DNA from: Wallemia ichthyophaga EXF-994
Taxonomy: Eukaryota > Fungi > Basidiomycota
Assembly (NCBI RefSeq): GCF_000400465.1
Contig: NW_008806274.1
Coordinates: 90,244 to 152,243 of the forward strand
Reading direction: 5' to 3'
DNA: 62,000 nt
The notes below the pieces were generated by a model, which had not been told where the DNA came from, did not search any database, and saw nothing but the letters and a program-made list of their open reading frames with translations. Below are positions 1 through 10,975 of this stretch, piece by piece. Positions within the stretch are counted from its first letter, which is position 1. Each line of letters begins with the position of its first letter. Both the position numbers and the translations under genes were made by a program.

Positions 1-600
1 AGACACGGCGGTAAGGGCAGCAAAGGCGGCCACGGTGGATACGGTGGACTCATTCTCGAGAAAGAAGTTCCAATTAACAAGTACTCTATCGGCCAGATCT
101 TCTCTATCAGATGCTCTGACTGGTCTTAGAGTGGTGCATCCTGATCTTCTACAAAATTGCATGCACGGACATACAGTTTCAGTGTTATGCATCTGTGAAT
201 ATTTCTCATCTTCAAAAAGACTTAAAGATAACATATCTCAACCATAATACAAAACGCATCAAACATCGAAAAAAGTTTCAGATTAAGATACACGCATTTA
301 CCATTATAAACGCCTTCTTATGTAAGATATTTTATAAAATCTTATTCAAATAGCAAGACAATTTGAATATTGACGTGCTTTACCGCGACTCGTGAAACTC
401 AACTAGGACTGATCTCCCCTGATCGAGTTGATATGAGATATCATGAAGATTTTCTTCACTCACTAAGTCACCATGTATGTGATTAAATCAAAACTAAGAG
501 TATCATAACTGCAGCTGAGCATGGATTAATTGTTATTATATTATCATGTAGATCGTGTAGTACATTAGTCATTCTTAATCAACGTTTTTCGTTACAAGTA

Positions 601-1296
601 TTAAACTGGAACACGCTTGAATCCACTACGCTTGGTGTATCCTGCTTGACGTTTATAATGATCATTTTCGTCACGCTTTGAAGCACCTCCTGCGAGATCA
701 CTGACGATTGGAATCTGACGCTTCATTGAGCCACCGCCGAGGAGCCTGTCTTCGTCAGCCTTCTGATTGGGTTTTGCGTCACGCTTTGAAGCACCTCCTG
801 CGAGATCACTGACGATTGGAATCTGACGCTTCATTAAGCTACCGCCGAGGAGCTTGTCTTCGTCAGCCTTCCCATCTGGTGTATTTGAAGTTGGCTTCGG
901 TGCTTCTGCAGCTTCAGCTGGTTTAGCGGAAGATGGGGAGGCCTTCTTGTCATCCATGTCAACTTCAGCTGACTTGGCAGGAGATGGAGAGTCACTAGAA
1001 GTCTTCTCGTCATCCTTGGCAGCTTCTTCCTCCATGGCTTGCTTGATTTGCTTCTTAGCCTCATCTGGAATGCCAGTCTCGACTGGGCGTGCACCCGTTG
1101 AGGAAGTTTCAGCTGGAGTCTCAGCCTTGGAAGTAGCCCATGCTGGTGGTTCGCTGAGAGTTTGATTTTTTAATGATCCTTCTGGTACCTCTAGCGTCTT
1201 GTCGAGACCTTGGAGTAAATCTCCGCCTTCTCCGCTTGGCATTTGCGCTAAGACTGCAGATATGAGTGCGAGTGCGGCGTATAACTTGAGATGCAT
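601..1296 (-). CDS. Secreted Kex2-processed repeat protein (KEP-like peptide precursor)
   Basis: Intronless 231-aa ORF. Signal peptide MHLKLYAALALISAVLA. Seven KR sites in the C-terminal third. Peptide QIPIVSDLAGGAS occurs twice, each copy flanked by KR. Confidence 0.85.
   Translation of the reverse strand: MHLKLYAALALISAVLAQMPSGEGGDLLQGLDKTLEVPEGSLKNQTLSEPPAWATSKAETPAETSSTGARPVETGIPDEAKKQIKQAMEEEAAKDDEKTSSDSPSPAKSAEVDMDDKKASPSSAKPAEAAEAPKPTSNTPDGKADEDKLLGGSLMKRQIPIVSDLAGGASKRDAKPNQKADEDRLLGGGSMKRQIPIVSDLAGGASKRDENDHYKRQAGYTKRSGFKRVPV
669..870. repeat. 108-bp-period tandem duplication within the KEP-like gene
   Basis: 669-727 is identical to 777-835. Similarity continues to about 762 and 870. 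Confidence 0.95.
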
Positions 1297-1668
1297 CTTG
1301 AGTATGGTGTTTAAGGATGAGATACTTTATTTCAAGGAGTAATTTAATTGCTTATATTTAATCGAAAAATTTAGTTTCACCTTTTCGAGGTATGAATGTG
1401 ATCGAACGCGCACTAAATCGACAAAGGAATGCTGCTCAAATGCGAGTCAATTGTAAGCAATAAGTTGCAGCCTTAGAACAGTATAAAAGGCTAGTACGTT
1501 GTCATTAACTTGACTAACATGTTCATTTGTGAAGATGTGAGAATTTGTTGTTTTATTGATTTTTCGCATACTATTAGCAAAGCTTGTATGCACTCATAAA
1601 CAGAAATCAGATAATAGTAATCGCGTTTGTAAATTCATAAACGTCATTTACATGCAGTGTTAAATATT

Positions 1669-2448
1669 TTAGACCTTTCTGTATCCTGGTGGACTTCTCT
1701 TAACAGATGGGTTGCGTCTTTGGGCTTGCTGACTATCCTCTTGAGAGTCCATTTCTTGTTGTTGCTCCATCATTGGAGCTTCGGTTTGCTCTTGTTGATC
1801 TTCCTCTTGTGGTTGCTCCATCATTTGCTGTTCCTCAGCCTGTTCTTGAGATTGATCCATTTGTTGTTGTTCCTCAGCTGGCATCATTGATCCTTGCTCT
1901 TCTTGTGACTGTTCCTCACCTTCTTCTTGTTCTTGCTCTTGTGGCTGTTCCATCATTGGTTGCTCATCTTGTGATTGTTCCATCATTTGTGGTTGCTCAT
2001 CTTGTGCCATCTCTTGTTCTTCAGGTTGCATTTCCTCTTGTTGCATCTCCTGTTCTTCAGGCTGCATCACTTCTTCTTGCTCTTCCTGCTGCTGCATATC
2101 TTGCTCTGGATTCATTTCAGCAGTCGTAACATCGCTGCCTTCTTCATCCTTGGTGACATCAGGCTCAGCCTTTTTAGCTTCTTGAGCAGCAGCTTGAGCA
2201 GATGGCGATGCCATAGCAGAGCTGCTCGAAGATGCGGACGAGGATGTGGAAGTAGCGGTGGATGAAGGTGAAGTCATTGAGCTGGTTGATGTTGGTGTTG
2301 GTGTAACTGCAGGTGCAGCTGGGGATGCTGAGTCCATACCTGGGACCAATCCACCAAGTGCATCAGTAAGAGCGCCTAATGGACCCAATTGGGCGCTGGC
2401 TTGTGCTGCTAAAGCTGCAATGACACCGAGAGCTACGCTGAGACGCAT
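1669..2448 (-). CDS. Secreted low-complexity acidic (Glu/Gln/Met-rich) protein
   Basis: ATG at 2448. Signal peptide MRLSVALGVIAALAAQASA, then a Ser/Thr-rich stalk, about 143 aa of E/Q/M/D/P without any K/R/H, and a basic tail RRNPSVKRSPPGYRKV. Confidence 0.85.
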   Translation of the reverse strand: MRLSVALGVIAALAAQASAQLGPLGALTDALGGLVPGMDSASPAAPAVTPTPTSTSSMTSPSSTATSTSSSASSSSSAMASPSAQAAAQEAKKAEPDVTKDEEGSDVTTAEMNPEQDMQQQEEQEEVMQPEEQEMQQEEMQPEEQEMAQDEQPQMMEQSQDEQPMMEQPQEQEQEEGEEQSQEEQGSMMPAEEQQQMDQSQEQAEEQQMMEQPQEEDQQEQTEAPMMEQQQEMDSQEDSQQAQRRNPSVKRSPPGYRKV

Positions 2449-2806
2449 CTGTGTCAACACAATATCAGTCGCGCTCTTTTATATCTTCTTTTTCACTCAC
2501 TGTTGATTAAGAGAGTTGGGTTGAAGAGATGAAGAGATAATCCCTCACTAAGCTTAATATTTGTATCTTTTTCATCTTTGGAATGTGTTAGTTTGTCTAT
2601 GAAGATAAAGCACGCAGTGGGGCATGCACTAAATTGATCGCAACCAGTCTTCTAGAAGCGTATTACTAATTATAGATTCCTTGAGAGTTATTTAGATTCG
2701 AGCCCGCTGATCACATCTCTAGACCGGGTCGTTTCAAATTTTTGCAGATCAAAGATGTAAATAAGACAAATGCAGTGCGATTCTAATGAATGAGATTCTA
2801 TGCTTT

Positions 2807-5045
2807 TTATAAGTGTTTGTAACTCCTTCCTGAAGTATTCGTGTGCCTTAAAAGTGTGATGATGGCTGATGGTGTAATGCCCTCGATACGCTTAGCAGCA
2901 CCCTTGAGCAAAGGTTAGAGATGAATATGAGCGATATCTCCACCTACTATCGACAATGGCTGCACCTTCTTCAATCTTTCGCGCACCTCGTTGGACAGTG
3001 TTGGCACGGCGTCATAATCTAACGCTGGCGATAGTGGCAATGTTTCTTCCGACATAAAAGCTCTAAGATCTGCATTTTGACGTTTGAGGTGTGGCTTGTA
3101 CATAGCTGTTGTATGGGATGTTAGTTTATTGTCGAGGGTGAGAATGAGGGAAAGTGAGACACCTACCCTCAATATTGACACGCTCGCGTAGACGTGGATC
3201 AATCTTTGCTAATGCAGGCAAATGTTGAATCATGTCGTCAACAGTAGCTCTAACATCTGTGCCTATTTTCTTGAAAGTGAGTATATCATACGCGCTCCTC
3301 GACTTTCCATCTAGATTAACCAGAATGCCTCTGTCTCTCCATTTTTCGGGCGACATTCTGAGACTTTCGAGGGTCTCTGTGACGTGGTCCATCTCCTTTT
3401 TAGCAGAGTTGAACACACTCCAACGGGACTCAGACACGGCGCCGATATTGTAACCTTTCTGCGTCAGTCTCGTGTCAGCGTTATCGGCACGTAGCGTCAT
3501 TCTGTACTCGGATCTCGCAGTGAACATTCTGTAAGGCTCTTGGGCACCGCGGGTGATAAGATCATCGACCATGACGCCAATGTATCCATCAGCGCGTGTG
3601 AGGATGAGTGGAGATTTATGATGAGCTGCCAAAGCGGCATTTATACCTGCGAGAATACCTTGCGCACCAGCTTCTTCATACCCCGTTGTGCCGTTTATCT
3701 GACCAGCTAAGAAAAGACCTTGCACACGCTTCGTTTCTAGTGTGGCACTCAATTCACGCGCATCGATGTGGTCATACTCTACACCATAACCTGGCATTAT
3801 CATTTCTGCTTTCTCTAGTCCGGGAATCGACCTTATCATTAGATTTTGCTCCTCTTCGGGAAGTGTTGTAGATATCCCGTTTGGATAGATGACATCGCTG
3901 TCGAAACCTTCAGGCTCGAGCCAAATGTTGTGTGAGTCTTTAGTGTGGAAACGAATGATTTTAGCTTCTATCGATGGACAGTAGCGGGGACCATTAATAG
4001 TCTCTCTGATGTGAAATGTTTTGTGGAGATTGTTTCTGATAATGTTGTGCGTTGTGGGGATGGTATGTGTTTGGTAGCATTGGATTTGGTTATTCTTCGT
4101 CATGTGAGATGTGTGATAGAGTGTCTTGACCAACCTACCTCCAAATGGACATTCTTGTTAAGGAAGCTGAATGGTTGGGGTGAATCGTCACCCTCCTGAA
4201 CAATCATACTTGTAAAGTCTATTGTGTGTTTTTTTAGACGCGCAGGAGTACCCGTTTTGAGTCTGCCTAAAGCAAAACCAGCTAGGCGGAGTGATTTAGA
4301 TAGACCAGAGGGGGGACTTGCGGGATCACCTTTGCGGCCAGCTTTGAAGGATTTCATACCGATATGAATTTCACCATCTAAAAAGGTGCCTGTACATAGA
4401 ACAACTTGAGAACATGGAATGACGTGACCGTTATCGAGACGAACGCCACGGACAGTACCCCAAATTTGAGAGTTTTGAGTGTTGTGAGCGTTGCGATGAT
4501 CAAAGACCAAATCATGGACAGAAGCAGCGTGTATATCTAAGTTTTCGATGGAATTGAGAGTGTTCTGCATGTTTGATTTGTAAAGGGAGCGATCAATTTG
4601 AGCACGAGGACCCTGTAAAGTGGGGGAATAAGGTTAGATAGCCGAAGATGCCGAGAATACGCCTAACTAACATAAACAGCAGGACCTTTTGACTTGTTGA
4701 GCATTTTGTACATACAACCTGAAACATCTAGGAAATTGAAGAGTTTTAGGGGTGTTGAAATGTAAAAGTGAATCACTCACCACCAATCCTACCCATTAAA
4801 CCATCTAAAGCGTCAATTTCACGTACTAAAGTGCCCTTTCCAATACCACCTAAGCTTGGATTACATGACATTACACCGATAGTATCGGGATTTTGAGTGA
4901 GTAGAGCAGTTCTAGCACCTGCCCTTGCACTTGCTGCAGCGGCTTCAGAACCGGCATGGCCACCGCCAATAACGCAGACGTCGTAAGCGGGGGGAGTGGG
5001 GAGTGTGGATAGACGTCTATATCCCACTTTCAAAAATGATTTCAT
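2807..5045 (-). CDS. MTO1: Mitochondrial tRNA uridine modification enzyme Mto1/GidA (MnmG), multi-exon
   Basis: Motifs [45 protein letters not shown] and [14 protein letters not shown]. Spliced last exon reads [18 protein letters not shown]; TAA at 2807-2809. Confidence 0.97.
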
Positions 5046-5136
5046 AAGGAGAATAATTGAAATTTAAATTTTGATGTTTGTAGATCGTCGTCGATTAACA
5101 GGCGATTTCTTTGTTGAGCTGCAACGACCAAGAGAG

Positions 5137-8100
5137 ATGAAAGTGGGTGAATGATACAAGCGATGGAAATAAAACTTACAAAATAATTCAGATCGAGTTA
5201 CAAAGCTGGGTAGAGGCGTTGGAGAAGTACGATGCAGGCGACTATATCCACGCACTGCGCCAATTTTCAACGATGCAGAGCCGTGGACAGTCATCTAAGA
5301 TAGAGTTCAATAGGGCAGTTATACACGCTAGCCTTGGTGATCAAAAGGGTGCAACTGAGTTGTACAATTCATCACTACGCATTGACCCATACTTTGCAAT
5401 CGCCCACTTCCAATCAGGCGTTTGTAACTTTATGCGGGGCAGATATGAGCACGCGAGAAACGACTATGAAGCTAGCCAGGCGCAGCTTAGAGGGAATCCC
5501 CACATCGACTACAGTCAACTCGGCTTGGCTTACAAGTTAGAATCCGCAAATATAAACTTCAATATTGCTTTGACCTTTTACTACTCAGGCAGGCCTGATG
5601 ATGGTATAAGTCATATTCAATTAGCTAGAAATGGCGCGTCCCTCGACCAAAACAGCGTCATCGATGACTGCTTGCGTGATGAAGCTAAGGTACGCTCAAT
5701 CTCAGGCACGCGGTCTAGAACAACTAACAAATATTCATCCAGGGTTATATGCCTTACTCTGTTCAACCAGGCGTGGTTTTTAGACCTTCAGACTCTCAAA
5801 TAAAGAATCTTGAAAAGAAAGACTTCATTGGTCAGGCAAAAGTGGTTTACACTGACGATGACGGTACCAGTCCTGATATACCCCTCACTCAATCCAACAA
5901 TGACAACAAAGATGATGTTCCTCTCACTCGTAGATTACCCGGTGGTGGTGGTACTCTAAAGCGCAATCCAACTCATTGGCAGCCAAAACTACTCCGTCGT
6001 CCCACCCTTGGCTCTCGTAAACAAAGCAGCGCCGAAACAACTCCTGTGTCTTCTGGCGCTACAACTCCTGTCAATGAAAAGGGTGGCTTCTTCGGTCTCG
6101 TTAGACAGAAAACTGAACGCAGAAAGGCTCCAACTGAAGAAATGCGCACAAAGGCTGGTTTGACCCCTGATGAAGCTGCCACTGGTCCCAAGCAAGCTGC
6201 TATGCTTTCACGAGCACGCACCCTCGGTTCGGCTACTCTTGCAGAGAAGCGCTCCAAATCTGAACAAGATGTACCTTCTCAGGCCAATCAACAATCCCTT
6301 ACTGCCGCTGCTACTGCTACCACTGCTGATACTCACCCAAACAAGGGCTACACTCTGACAGATAATGGTAATAGTGATACTCCCTTTGCATCAGATACAG
6401 ACGAATCGCGTACTCCTTCACGTGCTCCTTCCCCTCCTCCTTACAATCATACACCTCAACCACATCAACCATCGAATTTGCATCACTCCCCTTCACAACC
6501 CCAGCTTGCACCTAGTAGAGCACGATTCCCAACTCGTAAAACATCACTGAGATATGTCAGTAGTAAATTCACTAAGAACGGTTCTTCAAATATACCTCGA
6601 CAGGAGATACGTAGATCGCGCTCGTTTAATGAGGGTGACGATTTTTCATTAGCTTATAATGTCTCAGATGGCAGTGAGATGCAGGCGACGAAGGCTACTC
6701 AATCGAATCAAGCTCCAACCAGGAGCAATACTCTTCTAAGCAAACTATCTGGCCGTTCAGGAGTCAATGACAGCAACATGAACATGAATCATGAACACCG
6801 TAAGGGCAAGCCACCTGCTATCAATACACTGTCCAATGTGCCAGCTGGTTGGCCACGCTCAGCTGACACAAGTCCACTCTCATTATTCCAGCAAACTCAA
6901 TCGCATAGAGCTCCCCAAATCCCTGCTCTCAGTATTGGCGATGCACTGATGCAAGCAGCAGAGCAAAAAGAAGAGCAGACAGCGGATGATGTGGTAGAGA
7001 AACCTGACCAAACAATGGAAAAAACTAGTCAGATAGAAGAATCAGAGGAATTGGAGCAAACACCAAAGCCTACTGAAAACATTGAATTGACTGTCACGCC
7101 ATCAACCCCATCACAAATGCCAGATAAGGACTTTTCAATTAAGTTTGATGAAAGGACTGACACTATGTACGATACGCAGAATGACACGTCGGTTCCATCT
7201 TCAGTGTCTGACAATTCCATGACCAATCCATCCAACGACTCTGGTGACAACAATGAGAGAGGATCACCGGTAGACGCGTTGACTACGTTGAGTGGTGGCA
7301 GTCCAAGTGCCCAAGGTGCCACAGGTGTCCATAGTGCTGCCAACGCTGGACCCTTCAAACAACCAGCACCACTTCAGGTCCAAGAAAAGCCAGCGCTGAG
7401 TCGCCAGGCTTCTGCATTGCGTAGACGCGGCACGTATGGCAAAGTACAAGAGCAGCATCAACAACAACATCAAACCCAACCAAAGCAAGGGATAGCTATC
7501 GACGTTTCTGACAAGATGCGCAAGATGGGCATAGAAGAGGGCAATGAGGAGAATGACGGGGGATTTGACTCGGCAATGATCAAGGGGATGTCGCCCGTAG
7601 AGCAGAGTTCACTGAATGCTGAGAGATTGCTTGAAAAGGGAGTGCGAGTGACGCCAGGTTCTTTGCATGCACAGACAGTGCTCGAGAGTTTGCAAGGTGT
7701 GAACGGTGCACCAATACTAACATCAATGCAACCAGCACAAGAAGTACACGGAATACCATCACCTACACCCCTACCTGCATCCACACCACCGAATGCCGCT
7801 TCTGCACCTCCACCACGGTCGCCGGAAAGCAAGTCGAGTAGATCAAATGGTTCTAGTCCACAATTGAAAGTGCGTTTTAAGATACATTACGGAGATGATG
7901 TGAGAGGGATGCTGGTTAGCAATGAGACTTCGTATGATGCCTTCTTGAATCACGTAAGTGGAGGTTAATTGATAGATAGCTGAATCTAACACTACCAAGA
8001 TACTCCGTAAGTTTGACAAAAGCGCTGGTAGCTTTAGAGTTCGATTCAAGGACGAAGATGGCGTTAAAATCACCGTTCAGGATCACTCTGATTTGGAACT

Positions 8101-8176
8101 TGCTATTGATACTGCGAGATTGCACGGTAATGGACGCAGTGACGGAAAATTAGATATTTGGTGCGAGGATTTGTAG
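5137..8176 (+). CDS. noxR: NADPH oxidase regulator NoxR/p67phox-like, paralog 1 (TPR, long disordered region, PB1)
   Basis: ATG AAA, intron 5143-5191, then IELQSWVEALEKYD. TPR region contains LRGNPHIDYSQLGL and KKDFIGQAKVV. C-terminal PB1 RFKIHY...FKDEDGVKITVQDHSDLELA follows intron 7954-7999. TAG at 8174-8176. Confidence 0.9.
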
Positions 8177-8349
8177 GGCTTACACTGGACACTGGCTGTA
8201 CAGGTACTGGACTTATAAATTTTCATTCTTTTATAACATGACAATATTTTTAAAACAAGTCGATCGGATGTCGCCACATTCGAGGGTCGCTATCGCGTGA
8301 GGAAGGGGTGTTCCTGGGATAGGCCTAGACAGGTTTAAATTAAACGACG

Positions 8350-10790
8350 ATGAGCTTGAAGGTGTGAAAGACGTGTTTGTAGACTAGTAATCTAATGAGT
8401 TCAGCAGGATGAGCTTACAATTTGGTCGCGGGCTCTGGAAGCATACGACCGAGAAGATGTAGCTCAAGCGGTGAAGAGCTTTAAGACAATCGCACATACC
8501 TCAAAGATACAGTTTGTGGGTAGATAAAAGAATACAGAAACCTTTTTCCTAATCTAATCTAACCAAATCAGAATCTGGGCATGATTTATGATGCACTTGT
8601 TATGAGCACAGAGGCGTTGAAATGCTTCAACCGCGCCAGTGAGCTCGATCAGTATTTGGCTGTATCCCACTTCCAAGCTGGTGTTTCGTACTTTGTAGAT
8701 ACGATGACTTGATATATTGAAACACGCGGACTAACATAAAAAAAACAGAAGCAAAACGAATTCAATGCAGCTATTCACAGCTTTTCTCTCTGCTTAGAGT
8801 GCTTGCACGATAATATAACCATGTACGCACTGTCCGCACTGTCCGCCACTTGTCGGCACTCACTGACGCCGGATGTTTTCAGCACTTACACCCAGCTTGG
8901 TCTCAAGTACAGTCTTCATTACGCTGAGGTTCAATTCAACCTTGGTCTCTGCCTCATTGCCGCCGGTCGCAGAGATCACGGTCTTAATAAACTTCGCTTG
9001 GCACTGATCAAATCTGAGAAACCAGAGCACGCGGTCATTAGTAAGGTGTTAAACAATGGCGGGATTGTGTGTGTGTCGTGTTTTGTCGTTTAGTGTTAAC
9101 TTTATTACGCTCAGGCCACTTCTCTCTTCGCAGTTCCTATTGGTACGCTGTTCCAACCACCAGAGGATAAGATAAAGAATATGGATGTCAAAGTGGGTGA
9201 TGATAACGTATAAACTTACTCAACTGATCAAAACCTAGGATTATCTCGGCCGAAGTCAACTTATCAGCACCTCCCACTCGTACGACCTCTCCGTAAGCTT
9301 TCAAACATTTCTCGCTAACAAATTAACCTGACGTTATCCCTCCGCATTCTTTACATCTTGATATGCTTTAGACTGACTTTGCCGGTGTCAAACTCGTCGA
9401 TCACAAGGAAAGTATCAGCAATCGCATCGGGAATTTGGAAAGATCAAAAACAGCTCCATCTGCGAAAACTGAATCAACATCTATACCAATTTTACGCTCT
9501 AAAACATCATTCAGAGCCAACCTCGAAAGCAGCATATATCCCAAGTCAGCCGTTTTCACAGAAGATATTTTAACCGACGAGACTACTGATAGAACTTCAA
9601 TTTCTGAATCTATTTCAAATCCTACTCAAAGTCATATTCTTGGTCGAGCATGTAAGTGATGCAATGTGGCGCCTTCATTTTAGTCCATCTTCAGGCGCGT
9701 TTGGTAATTAATGAAACTGATGAAAATCTAGACTCTGAAGATAACAACCATTTCCAAAACCATAATAGTGAAATGTACTTTACGCGTAGGCAATTCGAGC
9801 AACCAGCCGCTGAGCTTGAGACAAACATGTTAAACGTGAGTGTTTTGATAAGTGGGTTTGGAGATGGAGGTAGCTGATTACTCTAATACAGGGCCAAGTT
9901 AGTGATTTACACATTGCGCTCGACATGAAGCGTTCTTCACCAATTCTCACTCTCCCACTACACAAATCCAGATCACCGCCACTACCAACACCATCAACGT
10001 CGGCATCTTCGGAGGATAGCGAAAGGAGCTTTAAGAACGCGATGGATGAGAAGCTTAATCTTAAGCCAAAGTCTACGCGCCCAACGTTCATCAATCGTTC
10101 ATTCGGCACACTCAGAACAAAGTCATCGAATCTTATAAACACTAAACGCAGCTCAACATCAATACCAAAGGGTTGGCCATCTACATCTGAGAACGGTACT
10201 GGGACTCCAATGGCCGTGTCACCAATTGGACCCATCTCATCGCCCTTGCCAGGCTCATTCGTTAGCACGGGACCAGGTACTGCCCGCGGCACACCTTCTG
10301 AATCCGATACACCAACGTCGACTTTCCTCGAGTACAAACGTAGTGTACCTTCATTCAACATAAGGATTAAGGTGGGTGTGGGCTTTTGTTCCAACTCGCA
10401 CACATACTGACTTGGATTGTAGATTTTCTTGAATGAGGATGTTAGAGGTATGATTCTTTCCGCCTATGAAACGTCGTATGAGAAGGTAAGTAAGTTTACA
10501 TGGAATTTTTACTTCATCTCAACTCGCACACCAGTTCAGAAGCAATGTACATGCCAAGTTTCCCCACATCGAAGCAGACAGACTGGCAATCAGGTTTAAG
10601 GATGAGAATGATCTGGTGTGAGTGGTTATGTGGGTGTTGATACTCTACTAACGCTCCCCTCAGTACTATCCTCGACGAATCCGATTGGGAAATGGCTATT
10701 GAGTGTGCACGCGTAGAGGCAGAGATGAGAGAACGATCTTATGGATCGTTGGAAGTTCACTGCGCGCAGAGAGTACGTGCACGTGGATGA
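8350..10790 (+). CDS. noxR: NoxR/p67phox-like paralog 2 (many short exons)
   Basis: Spliced reading: MSLK|DELTIWSRALEAYD...DQYLAVSHFQAGV...YTQLGL...AVPIGTLFQPPEDKIKN|DYLGRSQL... and PB1 NIRIK|IFLNEDVRG...FKDENDLVTILDESDWEMA. TGA at 10788-10790. Internal exon boundaries are partly uncertain. Confidence 0.85.
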
Positions 10791-10975
10791 ATAAACTACT
10801 AGCAGCAGCACAACAGCACAGGATACCGATATGCAAGGCACAGTTTTACGCTTATTTATTACACATTTTACAGAAATACACTTACAAAGAATATTGTTGT
10901 ACCATTGCATTTAACACATGTTATCGATTCTTATCTTAAGCTTGATCTTGGTTCGTTACTGTGATCATCGACATC

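Noticed and set aside
1-247. Partial coding sequence at the window start (frame 1 RHGGKGSKGGHGGYGG...CSDWS*, or the frame of the 35-247 ORF)
   Set aside because: Two frames are equally plausible and the 5' part is outside the window. A hydrophobin reading lacks the 8-Cys pattern.
1482-1489. Plus-strand TATAAAAG between the two secreted genes
   Set aside because: It is on the opposite strand to both genes and has no downstream ORF. It may be chance or an antisense promoter, which cannot be supported from sequence alone.
834-2506. Long antisense or alternate-frame ORFs over the two secreted genes, including Leu/Val-rich frames that look like membrane proteins
   Set aside because: These are shadow ORFs of low-complexity Glu/Gln/Ser codons. 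The same applies to antisense ORFs over NoxR, the BRCT gene and NUP159.
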